Shown one piece after another: positions 1-9,468 of a stretch of DNA of 64,000 nt. Position 1 is the first letter of the stretch; the number at the start of each line of letters is the position of its first letter. The translations under genes and the position numbers were made by a program. Origin of the DNA: Verrucomicrobiota bacterium (GTDB taxonomy: Bacteria > Verrucomicrobiota > Verrucomicrobiia > Opitutales > Opitutaceae); the NCBI GenBank assembly GCA_023430825.1, contig JAEYYL010000003.1, forward strand, positions 3,791-67,790, given 5' to 3'. Under the pieces are notes generated by a model. That model did no database searches, was not told where the DNA came from, and saw nothing but the letters and a program-made list of their open reading frames with translations.

Positions 1-333
1 GTGTTCTCGCTGGACTCGGTGATCACGGCGGTGGGCATGGCGGACGTGCTGTGGGTGATGGTCACGGCGGTGGTGATCGCCATCGGCGTGATGCTGGCGT
101 TTGCGGGCGCGATCAGCGATTTCGTGAACCGGCATCCGACCCTGAAAATGCTGGCGCTGAGTTTCCTGATCCTGATCGGCGTGACGCTGGTCGGCGAGGG
201 CCTGGGGCGGCACATCCCGAAGGGCTACATCTATTTCTCCATGGCTTTCGCGTTTGGGGTCGAGATGTTGAACCTGAAGCTGCGGTCGAAGGACCGGCAG
301 AAACCGGTGGAGCTGCATCAGCCGTATCGGTGA
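1..333 (+). CDS. TerC-family integral membrane protein, C-terminal fragment (5' end outside window)
   Basis: ORF is open from the window edge. Strongly hydrophobic multi-TM sequence with an FSLDSVxA-type motif typical of the TerC family. The gtg at base 1 is probably internal rather than the true start. Confidence 0.6.
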   Translation: MFSLDSVITAVGMADVLWVMVTAVVIAIGVMLAFAGAISDFVNRHPTLKMLALSFLILIGVTLVGEGLGRHIPKGYIYFSMAFAFGVEMLNLKLRSKDRQKPVELHQPYR

Positions 334-382
334 GCCGGATACAGGCGCCGGCGCAGGCGATGCGTCTGGGAGCCATGGAACC

Positions 383-416
383 GAAAAAGAAGCGGGTCCG
401 GAGGAGGACCCGCTTC
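383..416 (-). terminator. Rho-independent terminator downstream of the PEP-CTERM gene
   Basis: Perfect 11-bp stem (389-399 gaagcgggtcc / 406-416 ggacccgcttc) with a 6-nt loop. On the minus strand the stem is followed by TTTTTC (388-383). Confidence 0.75.
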
Positions 417-448
417 GATCGAAAGCGACTTTAAGCTGTTACGCGGCC

Positions 449-1153
449 TCACGCGACCGGGGCGAGGGCCGGAGACGGTCGGAAGCGTCGGTAGGCGACC
501 ACGCCGACCAGCAGCACCGCGCCGAGCAGGGCATAAGTGGACGGCTCCGGGACCGGGGTGAAGTGGACGTTGGCGAAGAGCCCGAATTCCGCGGACGTGC
601 TTTCGGCGATGGAGGAGCCTGTGCCGATGGCGAACGCCGGGTTGGTGAGCTGCACGTCGAAGGAGACCTTGCGGCCGTCGATCGTGAGCGTATTCGATTC
701 CCCGATACTCACGAGAAACTGATCGGGCACGAGGCTGCCGTTGTTTTCCGTGTTATCGATCGCGAACGTAAGGGTGGTGAGCTTGAAGTCCGCGATGCCC
801 TGTTCGGGCAGGTTGAGATAGACGTCCATCGTGGCCCAGGATGCGGTCGTGCCGCCGAGCGTGCGGCCGTTGGCGATCGACAGGGTGCCGAGGTCGATCT
901 GGCTGCCGTCGCCGGCCGGGCCGAACGCCGAACTGGCGTAGGCGAGGGAGGTCTGGGAGTGCGCCGGCTTGGACGGGACGCCCGATTGGAAGAGCGAAGT
1001 GTCGCTGCTGTTGATCACGCTGGTGAAGGCGAGGCCGGGATCGTGGAATTCGCCGCGCGTCGTGCCGGAAAACAACTGCGCTTGAGCGGAAGGCAGGGCG
1101 ATCGCGAGCCCGAGAGCCGAAGCGGAGACGAGGGATTTGATGAGGGTGTGCAT
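449..1153 (-). CDS. PEP-CTERM sorting-domain secreted protein
   Basis: N-terminal signal peptide (ALGLAIALPSAQA). C-terminal VPEPSTYALLGAVLLVGVVAYRRFR gives PEP motif, TM helix and basic tail. Confidence 0.8.
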   Translation of the reverse strand: MHTLIKSLVSASALGLAIALPSAQAQLFSGTTRGEFHDPGLAFTSVINSSDTSLFQSGVPSKPAHSQTSLAYASSAFGPAGDGSQIDLGTLSIANGRTLGGTTASWATMDVYLNLPEQGIADFKLTTLTFAIDNTENNGSLVPDQFLVSIGESNTLTIDGRKVSFDVQLTNPAFAIGTGSSIAESTSAEFGLFANVHFTPVPEPSTYALLGAVLLVGVVAYRRFRPSPALAPVA

Positions 1154-1399
1154 GGTTTTATGGCGCCGTGAGGGCCAGTGGGTGCGACCCGGCGATCGAA
1201 GCAGCGTTGCGGGAAACGAGTCCCAAGCCCGGCTAGTGGAACGCCCTAGGACCGGATTACATTTTCTCCGGGTGGTGCTGGGGCCCCGCTCGGGGTCGAG
1301 AATGGAGCCCGGCTCGCTTTGGCGGGCGCAACTCGTAGTTGCTGCGCAGCTAATGTTTTTCGCCGGGCCGTGGCGCGCGGTCGAATCTCACCGACGGGC

Positions 1400-1768
1400 T
1401 CAGGCGAGCGAGGCCAGCACCCGACGAGGCGCAATCCGCTGGCGGCGCAGCTGGCGATGGAACTTATCGAGGAGGAAATCCAACGAGGACAGCGCGTCGG
1501 CGGTGGACACACTTGCGAGGAGGTCGGGCCCGCCGTGATCGAGTTCGAGCTGGCCGCGCGCGGTGACGGCGGTCGAAGCGGGGAGTTGAAGGTCCTCGGA
1601 GGGCACTTCCCGCGTCAACTCCACGCAAAGCCGGACGATCCGGTCCTCGCCGTGCACCAAGCGAACGAGCTTGTCGAATGCGGCCACCCGGGCGGTTTCG
1701 TCGAGGCCGACGTTGACGTCGCGGAGCACGATTTTTTCAGCCAGCAAAGTGGGAGCGGGGTATGACAT
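1400..1768 (-). CDS. hypothetical protein
   Basis: 122-aa ORF with a more protein-like composition than the overlapping plus-strand ORF. No motif recognised. Confidence 0.35.
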   Translation of the reverse strand: MSYPAPTLLAEKIVLRDVNVGLDETARVAAFDKLVRLVHGEDRIVRLCVELTREVPSEDLQLPASTAVTARGQLELDHGGPDLLASVSTADALSSLDFLLDKFHRQLRRQRIAPRRVLASLA

Positions 1769-1995
1769 GAGCCGATTGACCGCGCAAACGGCGGAAAGTT
1801 GGGTGGAATTTATCGGAACATTCCTACCGAAAGTGACCGAAATCGGCGCGGACTGCGCGATTCAGGCGCAATTCAATCGCTTTAGTCGACTCATCCTGCG
1901 CCCGGCGACGACGAAGGGACGCGGAAAAGGGAGTCGCGGCGCCCCCGCCGCGTCCCCTTCCCACGTGGCCGGGGGCTGGGGCACCGCCGTCTGAA

Positions 1996-4368
1996 TTAAC
2001 GTTTCTTGTTCAGCGCGGCGGTGAACCAATCGTTGTTCACGGCGGGGGCCGGGCGCGGGCCGGACGAAGGCCGTGCGCCCGCAGGCGGGCGTTGGCCGGG
2101 CGAAGTGCGGGACCCGGTCCCGGCATTGCCGGAACTGGAGTTGCGCGGACCGATCTCGGGATTGCTGCGCATCGAGAGCGCGATGCGGTTTCGCACGAGG
2201 TCGACCTCGACGACGGTGACCATCACCTTTTGCTGCGGCTTTACCACGGCGGCGGGTTCCTTGACGAACGTGTCGGCGAGCTGGCTGACATGCACGAGGC
2301 CGTCCTGATGGACGCCGACGTCGACGAACGCGCCGAAGGCGGTGACGTTGGTGACGATGCCGGGCAATTTCATGCCGGGCTTCAGATCCTTCGGTTCGTG
2401 CACGCTGGCATCGAAGGAAAACACCTCGAACTTCTCGCGTGGATCGCGACCGGGTTTCGCGAGTTCGGCCATGATGTCGGTGAGCGTGGGCAGGCCGACG
2501 TCGGCGGTGACGTAATTCTCGAGTTTGATTTTGGCGCGGAGTTTTCCGTCGCGCATCAAGTCGGCGACGGTGGCGCCGAGGTCGGCGGCCATTTGCTCGA
2601 CGAGGGCGTAGCGCTCCGGGTGGACGGCGCTGGCGTCGAGCGGGTGGGCGGCATCGCGGATGCGGAGAAACCCGGCGGCCTGTTCGAAGGCCTTCGGGCC
2701 GAGGCGGGGCACTTCCTTCAGTTCGGCGCGCGATTTGAAGGCGCCCTTTTCGTTGCGGCGCGCGACGATCGCGGCGGCGGTGGTGGCGTTGAGGCCGGAT
2801 ACGTAGCTGAGGAGTTGTTTCGAGGCGGTGTTGAGTTCGACGCCGACGCCGTTGACGGAACTGACGACGGTGTCGTCGAGGGAGCGTTTGAGCGCGAGCT
2901 GGTCGACGTCGTGTTGATACTGGCCGACGCCGATGGATTTCGGGTCGAGTTTCACGAGTTCGGCGAGCGGGTCCATCAGTCTCCGTCCAATGGATACAGC
3001 GCCGCGGACGGTGAGATCGTGATCGGGGAACTCTTCGCGCGCGACCTCGCTGGCGGAGTAGATCGAGGCGCCGGACTCGTTGACCATCACGATGGGAATC
3101 GTGGCGGGCAGGCCGAGCTTGCGGACGAAGGCCTCGGTCTCGCGGCCGGCGGTGCCGTTGCCGATGGCGATGGCCTCGACGTTGAAGAACTTCACGAAGC
3201 CGGAGAGTTTCTCCTTCGCGTCGGCTTCGAGGCGGTCGGGATAAACGACGTCGTTGTGGAGGAGCTTGCCCTGGCGATCGAGGAGGACGGTTTTGCAGCC
3301 GGTGCGGATGCCGGGGTCGATCGCCATGACGGCCTTCTGGCCGAGCGGGGCGGCGAGGAGGAGTTCGCGAAGGTTGTCGGCGAAGACCTTGATGCCGGCC
3401 TCGTCGGCGCGTTTTTTCGACTCGAGGCGCATCTCGGTTTCCATCGCGGGGCAGAGGAGCCGCTTGCACGCGTCGGCGATGGCGAGGCGGACGTGGTCGG
3501 TGGCGGAGGCCGAACCGGGGGCGGGCGGGACGGGCGCGGCGACTCGTGGACCCTTGATGAAGAGGGGTTCGACTTCGGCGGGCGCGATCGTGTCGTCGGG
3601 GAGCGTGATGCGCATCATCAGGAACGATTCCTTTTCGCCGCGGCGCATCGCGAGAATGCGGTGCGAGGGCGCTTTCGCGAGCGGCTCGCTCCATTCGAAG
3701 TAGTCCTTGAATTTTGCGGCTTCCGGGGAGGTGTCCTTGCCGATGAGAACCTTCGAGGAGACGATGGCCTCGCTTTGGTATCGGGCGCGAAGCCGGGCAC
3801 GGGCGTCTTTATCGTCGCTGACGCGTTCGGCGATGATGTCGCGGGCGCCGGCGAGGGCTTCGTCGGTCGACTCGATTTTCGATTTCTGATTCTTGCCGTC
3901 GTCGGCGGTGTATTCACGGCCCACATACGCCTGGGCGGCGGCGAGCGCGTCGGTGGCGGGGTCTTGCGCGAAGAGGAGGTCGGCGAGGGGCTCGAGGCCC
4001 TTTTCCTTCGCGATGGTGGCGCGCGTGCGCTTTTTCGGGCGGAAGGGAAGGTAGATGTCCTCGAGTGCGGTGAGCGTGTCGGCGGCGGCGATGGCTTTTT
4101 CCAGCGCGGGCGTGAGGAGGTTGCGCTCCTTCAGGGAGGCGAGGATCGTGGCGCGGCGTTCGTCGATCGCCTGGAGCTGTTCGAGGCGGTCGCGGATGGC
4201 GAGGACCTGGACTTCGTCGAGTTCGCCGGTGACCTCCTTGCGGTAGCGGGCGATGAAGGGAACCGTGGCGCCCTCGGCGAAGAGCTGCGCGGTGGCGGCG
4301 ACTTGAAAGACTTTGACGTTCAGTTCCTGCGACAGGCGCAGGACGTGGTCCGGATTGGGGAGGGCCAT
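1996..4368 (-). CDS. tex: Tex transcription accessory protein (YqgF/HhH/S1 domains)
   Basis: 790 aa. N-terminus ...VPFIARYRKEVTGELDEVQ... is typical of Tex. S1 domain near the C-terminus (GIVTNVTAFGAFVDVGVHQDGLVHVSQL). Confidence 0.9.
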   Translation of the reverse strand: MALPNPDHVLRLSQELNVKVFQVAATAQLFAEGATVPFIARYRKEVTGELDEVQVLAIRDRLEQLQAIDERRATILASLKERNLLTPALEKAIAAADTLTALEDIYLPFRPKKRTRATIAKEKGLEPLADLLFAQDPATDALAAAQAYVGREYTADDGKNQKSKIESTDEALAGARDIIAERVSDDKDARARLRARYQSEAIVSSKVLIGKDTSPEAAKFKDYFEWSEPLAKAPSHRILAMRRGEKESFLMMRITLPDDTIAPAEVEPLFIKGPRVAAPVPPAPGSASATDHVRLAIADACKRLLCPAMETEMRLESKKRADEAGIKVFADNLRELLLAAPLGQKAVMAIDPGIRTGCKTVLLDRQGKLLHNDVVYPDRLEADAKEKLSGFVKFFNVEAIAIGNGTAGRETEAFVRKLGLPATIPIVMVNESGASIYSASEVAREEFPDHDLTVRGAVSIGRRLMDPLAELVKLDPKSIGVGQYQHDVDQLALKRSLDDTVVSSVNGVGVELNTASKQLLSYVSGLNATTAAAIVARRNEKGAFKSRAELKEVPRLGPKAFEQAAGFLRIRDAAHPLDASAVHPERYALVEQMAADLGATVADLMRDGKLRAKIKLENYVTADVGLPTLTDIMAELAKPGRDPREKFEVFSFDASVHEPKDLKPGMKLPGIVTNVTAFGAFVDVGVHQDGLVHVSQLADTFVKEPAAVVKPQQKVMVTVVEVDLVRNRIALSMRSNPEIGPRNSSSGNAGTGSRTSPGQRPPAGARPSSGPRPAPAVNNDWFTAALNKKR

Positions 4369-4532
4369 GAGAAAAGGAGGGCCGATAGGAAACGCGTGCG
4401 TGCGGCGGGCAAGTTGAAAGCGCGCTAATAGCGCGTTGAAGCGCGACTCGTAAGGGGGGCGGGCGGCTCAAGCCGCGGCGGGTTGTGCCGTTATGCGGGG
4501 CGCCGCGGGCTCATCCCGTCGCATTTTTTCCC

Positions 4533-4895
4533 ATGGCTAAACTCCACGTCCTCTGCCGGCGGCTCGCCGCCGCCTCTCTCATTGTGCTGGGCAGTTCGCT
4601 GCTCCGCGCGCAAAGCGCCGACTTCGACGAGCGGCCGGTGCCGGTCAAGGCCGTCGCGCCCGATTATCCGAAAGAGATGCTCGCGGAAAAGGCTTCGGCG
4701 GTGGTGACGGTGCGGCTCGTGGTCGATGAAAACGGCGATGTTGTGGAGCACTCCGTGCTGAAGTCGACGCGGGCGGAGTTCGAAGGCGCGGCGCTGGCCG
4801 CGGTCGGCAAGTGGAAGTTCAAGCCGGCGCGCAAGAGTGGCGCACCGGTGAGGGCGCTGATCACGCTGCCGATCAAGTTCAACTTCGAAGGGTGA
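4533..4895 (+). CDS. TonB C-terminal-domain protein (periplasmic energy-transducer-like)
   Basis: Signal peptide from the ATG at 4533 (MAKLHVLCRRLAAASLIVLG). TonB_C-like sequence PDYPKEMLAEKASAVVTVRLVVDENGDVV...GKWKFKPARKSGAPV. Confidence 0.7.
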   Translation: MAKLHVLCRRLAAASLIVLGSSLLRAQSADFDERPVPVKAVAPDYPKEMLAEKASAVVTVRLVVDENGDVVEHSVLKSTRAEFEGAALAAVGKWKFKPARKSGAPVRALITLPIKFNFEG

Positions 4896-4981
4896 GCGGC
4901 GGCGCGCGGCGCGTTCGCGCGGCCAGGTTGATTTTTTCAGGCGCGACTGGTGTTTGCCGGTCGCGCCTTTATGCTGGCCGG

Positions 4982-5479
4982 ATGAAACGAGCGATCTTGC
5001 TGGTGGTGGCGGCGATGGGGCTGGGCGCGTGGCTGCGGGCGGAGGATGCGCCGCCGCAAGACGCCGAGGCGCAGGTGGCGGCGATTGTCGCGCGGCCGGA
5101 GGTGACCGTGGTGCATTTCTGGGCGCCGTGGTGCCGCAACTGCAAAACCGAGATGCGGCCGGACGGTTGGGCGAAGTTCGTGCAGGATAATCCGACGGTG
5201 AAGGTCGTGTTCATCAACATCTGGCACGGCGGGATGGACGGCCGTGCGGAACTCGCGGCGGCGCGGCTCGGCGGCCAGGAGAATTTCGTGGCGTTGACCC
5301 ATCCGAACGGGTCGCGCAAGGCGGGCGAAAAAGTCGACCGATTCCTCGGACTGCCGGTGGCATGGGTGCCGACGACCTGGGTGTTTCGCGACAGTCGGAT
5401 GCGCTATGCGCTGAATTACGGCGAAGTGCGTTTCGAGATGTTGCAGCAGATGGTGGACGACGCGGGGCGGAAGTGGTGA
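4982..5479 (+). CDS. thioredoxin-fold (TlpA/ResA-like) thiol-disulfide oxidoreductase
   Basis: Internal ATG at 4982 gives the signal peptide MKRAILLVVAAMGLGAWL. CxxC active site is FWAPWCRNCK. Confidence 0.7.
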   Translation: MKRAILLVVAAMGLGAWLRAEDAPPQDAEAQVAAIVARPEVTVVHFWAPWCRNCKTEMRPDGWAKFVQDNPTVKVVFINIWHGGMDGRAELAAARLGGQENFVALTHPNGSRKAGEKVDRFLGLPVAWVPTTWVFRDSRMRYALNYGEVRFEMLQQMVDDAGRKW

Positions 5480-5658
5480 ACGCGATGCCCTCGATTCGGT
5501 CTCGGGCGGCGTAACGCGACGGGGCAGAGCGGGGCCGGCGGTGGGACGGGGGATGGAAGACGCTGGCAATTTGCGTGACGCAACGGGTTCTGGCTCGCGG
5601 CTGGGGCACAGCGTAGCCATGTTCGGTGCGACTTTCCGGCACCGGCCGTGTTCTGGGC

Positions 5659-6255
5659 ATGAACGATGACACTCCAGTGCAAACCCAAACCACGGGCCTA
5701 ATCACCCCGACCGACTTCACGACGTTCATGCGCAATTATCAGGACATGGTCTTCTCGACGTCGATGCGGCTCGTGGGCAACGAGGCGCAGGCGGAGGACA
5801 TTTCCCAAGAGGTGTTCCTCAAGGCGTATGAACGTTACGACACGCTGCAGGCGAGCCCGACGGCCGGCGGCTGGTTGAAGACGGTGGCCACCAACCTGTC
5901 GCTCAACCACCTGACCCGCTACCGCAATCGCTGGAAGTTCTTCTCGGAATTCCGCCGCGAGGACGATGGCGACTCCGATCAGCCGGACGTGGAGTTCGCC
6001 GCGCCCGACGCATTTTTTTCCGGCGTCGATGCGAGCGAGCGCCGGGCCTGGGTGGAGCAGGCGTTGAACCAACTGCCCGAGCATCAACGCGTGCCGCTCG
6101 TGCTCTATCATTTCGAAGACATGCCCTACGATGACATCGCGAAACGCCTCGGCGTCTCGCTCGCGAAGGTAAAAACGGATATCCTGCGGGCCCGCGCGGC
6201 GCTCGCCCAGATCCTCGCGCGCAGTGGCGCCTCCCACGAAAAATTCACCGCGTAA
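5659..6255 (+). CDS. ECF-type RNA polymerase sigma-70 factor
   Basis: Region 2 (AEDISQEVFLKAY) and region 4 HTH (MPYDDIAKRLGVSLAKVKTDILRARAAL). Start taken at the ATG at 5659. Confidence 0.85.
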   Translation: MNDDTPVQTQTTGLITPTDFTTFMRNYQDMVFSTSMRLVGNEAQAEDISQEVFLKAYERYDTLQASPTAGGWLKTVATNLSLNHLTRYRNRWKFFSEFRREDDGDSDQPDVEFAAPDAFFSGVDASERRAWVEQALNQLPEHQRVPLVLYHFEDMPYDDIAKRLGVSLAKVKTDILRARAALAQILARSGASHEKFTA

Positions 6256-6268
6256 ACTCCCGACCGCC

Positions 6269-6730
6269 ATGAAACGCTCTCCCGAAGAACTCGAAAAATT
6301 CATCCATCAGACCCTGCGCTCGCTGCCGGATCGCCGCGCGCCGCGCTCGCTCGAAGGGCGCGTCCTCGCCGCCATTGCCGCGCGGGCGGAGCTGCCGTGG
6401 TGGAAGCAATCCTACGCGCGCTGGCCGCTCGCGATGCGCTGCGCCTTCCTGTTGGTGTCCGGCGCGATCGCGAAAGCCCTGATCATGGCGACGGTTTGGG
6501 TGATGAGCGGCGCCGAGGGCGCGCAGCTCACGCACACGGTGGCGGCCGAATTCGCCTGGGTGAGCCGCTTGAGCGGGATCGTCGCGAGCCTGGGCGATTT
6601 CTGCGCGCTGCTGCTGCGCAGCATCCCGACGGTTTGGCTTTACGGTGGGCTCGCCGGGTTCGCGCTGGTTTACGCCACGCTTTTCGGGCTCGGTGCCACG
6701 GCCTACCGCACGCTTTACGCGAACCGCTGA
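6269..6730 (+). CDS. putative anti-sigma factor / membrane protein
   Basis: Lies directly downstream of the ECF sigma gene. Has TM helices in its second half. Assigned by position only. Confidence 0.5.
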   Translation: MKRSPEELEKFIHQTLRSLPDRRAPRSLEGRVLAAIAARAELPWWKQSYARWPLAMRCAFLLVSGAIAKALIMATVWVMSGAEGAQLTHTVAAEFAWVSRLSGIVASLGDFCALLLRSIPTVWLYGGLAGFALVYATLFGLGATAYRTLYANR

Positions 6731-6769
6731 TTCCCGGCGGACGCACCTGTTTTTAACCGCTTCACTTCG

Positions 6770-8644
6770 ATGAATACTCCAGCTCGCCCTCTTTTCTTGG
6801 GGCTCGCGATTGCACTCTTCCTGACCCTGACCTTCGCGATGGTGGCGCAAGAGCAGGCGCCCACGGCGGCGGAAGCGCCGGCCGCGTCCGCGGCTCCACT
6901 GCCGCCGGGCGAACTTCGCCGGCTCGATGTGCCGGAACCCGCGGTGGACAATGCCGCGCCGGCGGCGCCATCGATCGAAGCCGCGGCGGCGAGTGAACCG
7001 GAAAAACTCTCGGCAGAGACGCCGGCGCCCGCGCCGGAACCGCGCCGCGACCGTCGTTCGCGTGGTCACGGCCAGAACGAGCGGGTCTCTTTCTGGCACG
7101 ATTCCACGCTGGCCGAAGGCGAGGCGGCGGACGTCGTTGTTTCGATCTTCGGTTCGTCGACCTCCGCCGGCACGGTGCGTGAGGCGGTGGTGTCGGTTTT
7201 CGGCTCGAGCACGTCGAGCGGTCGGGTGGGCGACGCGGTGGTGTCGGTGCTCGGTAGTTCGCGCGTGACGGGCGGCCGGGTGGGCGACGCGGTCGTGTCC
7301 GTGCTGGGCAACACCTATGTCAACGCCCGTGTCGACGGCGAAGTGGTGGCGGTGCTTGGCAATGTCGAACTCGGGCCCGACGCGGAGGTGCACGGCGAAC
7401 TCGTCTGTGTCGGCGGGCGCGTCATCCAAGATCCCGGCGCCCAGGTTTTCGGTCGGATCAACAATGTGGCGTTCGGCGTGAATTTCGGCGGGTTCGATTG
7501 GTTGCATGCGTGGGTGCGGCACTGCCTCGTGCTCGGGCGGCCGCTCGCGTTCGGGCCACATCTGATGTGGGCGTGGTGGATCGCGCTCGGGTTTCTCGCG
7601 TTGTATGTCGTGCTGGCGGCGATCGTCCCGCGCGGGGTCGAGAAGTGCTCGGCAACGCTGCAGGAGCGGCCGGGATACTCCCTGCTGACGGCGCTGTTGA
7701 TCACACTGCTCACGCCGTTGGCGATGGTGGTGCTGGCCGTCACGGTGGTCGGCACGCCGGCATTGATGCTTGCGCTGTTCGCGGCGGGGATTTTCGGCAA
7801 GGTGGTGATGCTCGACTGGATCGGGCGGCGGCTGGCGGGGATTTTTGGCGGCGGACGTGCGATCGCGCCGGCGCTCGCGGTGCTTGTGGGCGGTGTCGTG
7901 GTGCTGCTGCTCTACACGGTGCCGATCGTCGGCTTCGTGCTGATGAAATTGCTGTCGTGGATCGGGCTCGGTGTGGTGGGTTACACGCTGATTCTGGCGA
8001 TGCAGCGGCCCAAAATGGCGGCGGCGGCGGCGGCGAATGCCGCGGTGGCCGGCAACGCCACGATGCCGGAAGCCGTGCCGGGTGTCGTCCCGCCGGTTGT
8101 GGGCGCGGCAAGTATGTCGGCCACGCCCGGAATGGTGTCGCCGGGCTTCAGCGGCGAGGGCGCGGTGCCGGTGCCGCCCGTGTCGCCGCCGCTTCCTCCG
8201 CCGTCTGCGGCCGCGCCGTTACCGCCGCCGCCGGTGGTGCCGCGGCCGGTGGTGTCGGTGGCGACGCTGCCGCGCGCAGGTTTTTGGATTCGCATCGCGG
8301 CATCGCTGCTCGACATGCTGATCGTGGCCCTGGCGTGCAGCCTGATTCCGAATCACTGGCAGCCGAACTTCCTGCTGATTTTTGCGGCGTATTGCTGCGT
8401 GTTGTGGGCGACGAAGGGCACGACGGTCGGCGGCATCATCTGCGGCTTGAAAGTGGTGAGGCTCGATGAGCGGCCGCTCGACTGGCCGACGGCGCTGGTG
8501 CGCGCGCTGGGTGGTTTCCTTTCGCTGGTCGCGGCGGGTATCGGGTTCATCTGGGTGGCGTTCGACGACCAAAAACAGTCGTGGCACGACAAGATTGCAG
8601 GCACGACGATCGTGCATGTGCCGAAAGGCGTGTCGCTCGTCTGA
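6770..8644 (+). CDS. RDD-family membrane protein with N-terminal beta-helix-like repeats and a Pro-rich linker
   Basis: Signal peptide. Repeats of the form VVSxFGSSTSxGxVxxAVVSVxG. Multi-TM core. C-terminal RDD-like region (RAGFWIRIAASLLDMLIV...RLDERPLDW...SWHDKIAGT). Confidence 0.7.
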   Translation: MNTPARPLFLGLAIALFLTLTFAMVAQEQAPTAAEAPAASAAPLPPGELRRLDVPEPAVDNAAPAAPSIEAAAASEPEKLSAETPAPAPEPRRDRRSRGHGQNERVSFWHDSTLAEGEAADVVVSIFGSSTSAGTVREAVVSVFGSSTSSGRVGDAVVSVLGSSRVTGGRVGDAVVSVLGNTYVNARVDGEVVAVLGNVELGPDAEVHGELVCVGGRVIQDPGAQVFGRINNVAFGVNFGGFDWLHAWVRHCLVLGRPLAFGPHLMWAWWIALGFLALYVVLAAIVPRGVEKCSATLQERPGYSLLTALLITLLTPLAMVVLAVTVVGTPALMLALFAAGIFGKVVMLDWIGRRLAGIFGGGRAIAPALAVLVGGVVVLLLYTVPIVGFVLMKLLSWIGLGVVGYTLILAMQRPKMAAAAAANAAVAGNATMPEAVPGVVPPVVGAASMSATPGMVSPGFSGEGAVPVPPVSPPLPPPSAAAPLPPPPVVPRPVVSVATLPRAGFWIRIAASLLDMLIVALACSLIPNHWQPNFLLIFAAYCCVLWATKGTTVGGIICGLKVVRLDERPLDWPTALVRALGGFLSLVAAGIGFIWVAFDDQKQSWHDKIAGTTIVHVPKGVSLV

Positions 8645-8676
8645 GTTGAGCCGAGCCGGGCTCAGGCAGCAGACCT

Positions 8677-8805
8677 CCCGCGAATGACGTGAATGAACGC
8701 GAATTTCAGAGAGGTGGAATCGAATATGGCCGCTGCGAAGCCAGGCCACGGTTTGGCGGAAGAGTTTTTTTATTTGAATTCGCGCCCATTGGCGTGATTC
8801 GCGGG
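8677..8805. repeat. imperfect 29-nt inverted repeat pair flanking a 71-nt spacer, intergenic upstream of purE
   Basis: Arm 8677-8705 is complementary to arm 8777-8805 at 24 of 29 positions (my count). Each arm carries two copies of CGCGAAT/ATTCGCG. Confidence 0.5.
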
Positions 8806-8884
8806 CAACTGAATGCTCCCGGCTTAGGCACGGACGCTTCAGTGCTGCCCGCGCAGAAGCTTTCTGGCTGACAGTTGGGCAGGG

Positions 8885-9394
8885 ATGTCCGATAGGTCGC
8901 GGCCTATGGCCAAGCCACTTGTCGGAATCATCATGGGGAGCACGTCGGATTGGGAGACGATGCAGCACGCCGCCGCGCAGCTCGAAGCGTTGGGCGTGCC
9001 GTTCGAGAAACGGGTGGTCAGTGCGCATCGCACGCCGAAGCTGATGGTGAGCTACGCGGAGAGTGCGGAGCGGCGCGGGTTGAAGGCGATCATTGCGGGA
9101 GCGGGCGGCGCGGCGCATCTGCCGGGGATGACGGCGTCGATGACGACGCTGCCGGTGCTCGGCGTGCCGGTGGAGTCGAAGGCGTTGAAGGGGCTGGATT
9201 CGCTGCTCTCGATCGCGCAGATGCCGGGCGGCGTGCCGGTGGCGACCTTCGCGGTGGGGAAGGCCGGGGCGATCAACGCCGCGCTGTTTGCGGCGTCGCT
9301 GCTGGCGCAGAGCGATGCGAAGACGCGCGCGGCGTGGCGGAAATTTCGCAGCGATCAGACGGCGAAGGTGTTGAAGGCGAAACTGCCGGAGTGA
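8885..9394 (+). CDS. purE: N5-carboxyaminoimidazole ribonucleotide mutase
   Basis: [13 protein letters not shown]...VVSAHRTP...[10 protein letters not shown] motifs. Confidence 0.9.
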   Translation: MSDRSRPMAKPLVGIIMGSTSDWETMQHAAAQLEALGVPFEKRVVSAHRTPKLMVSYAESAERRGLKAIIAGAGGAAHLPGMTASMTTLPVLGVPVESKALKGLDSLLSIAQMPGGVPVATFAVGKAGAINAALFAASLLAQSDAKTRAAWRKFRSDQTAKVLKAKLPE

Positions 9395-9468
9395 GCGGGC
9401 GCGGTGCGGTGACGCCGGTGAAAGAGTTTTGACGCGGGGCGGCGCGTCTCCGTTCTGTTTCGTTTCCC

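Noticed and set aside
1862-4428. Long ORFs overlapping tex in other frames or on the other strand (1862-3694 minus, 2092-4428 plus, and several 100-185-aa ORFs).
   Set aside because: They are Arg/Pro/Gly/Ala-rich low-complexity translations typical of non-coding frames in high-GC DNA. tex has clear family motifs throughout.
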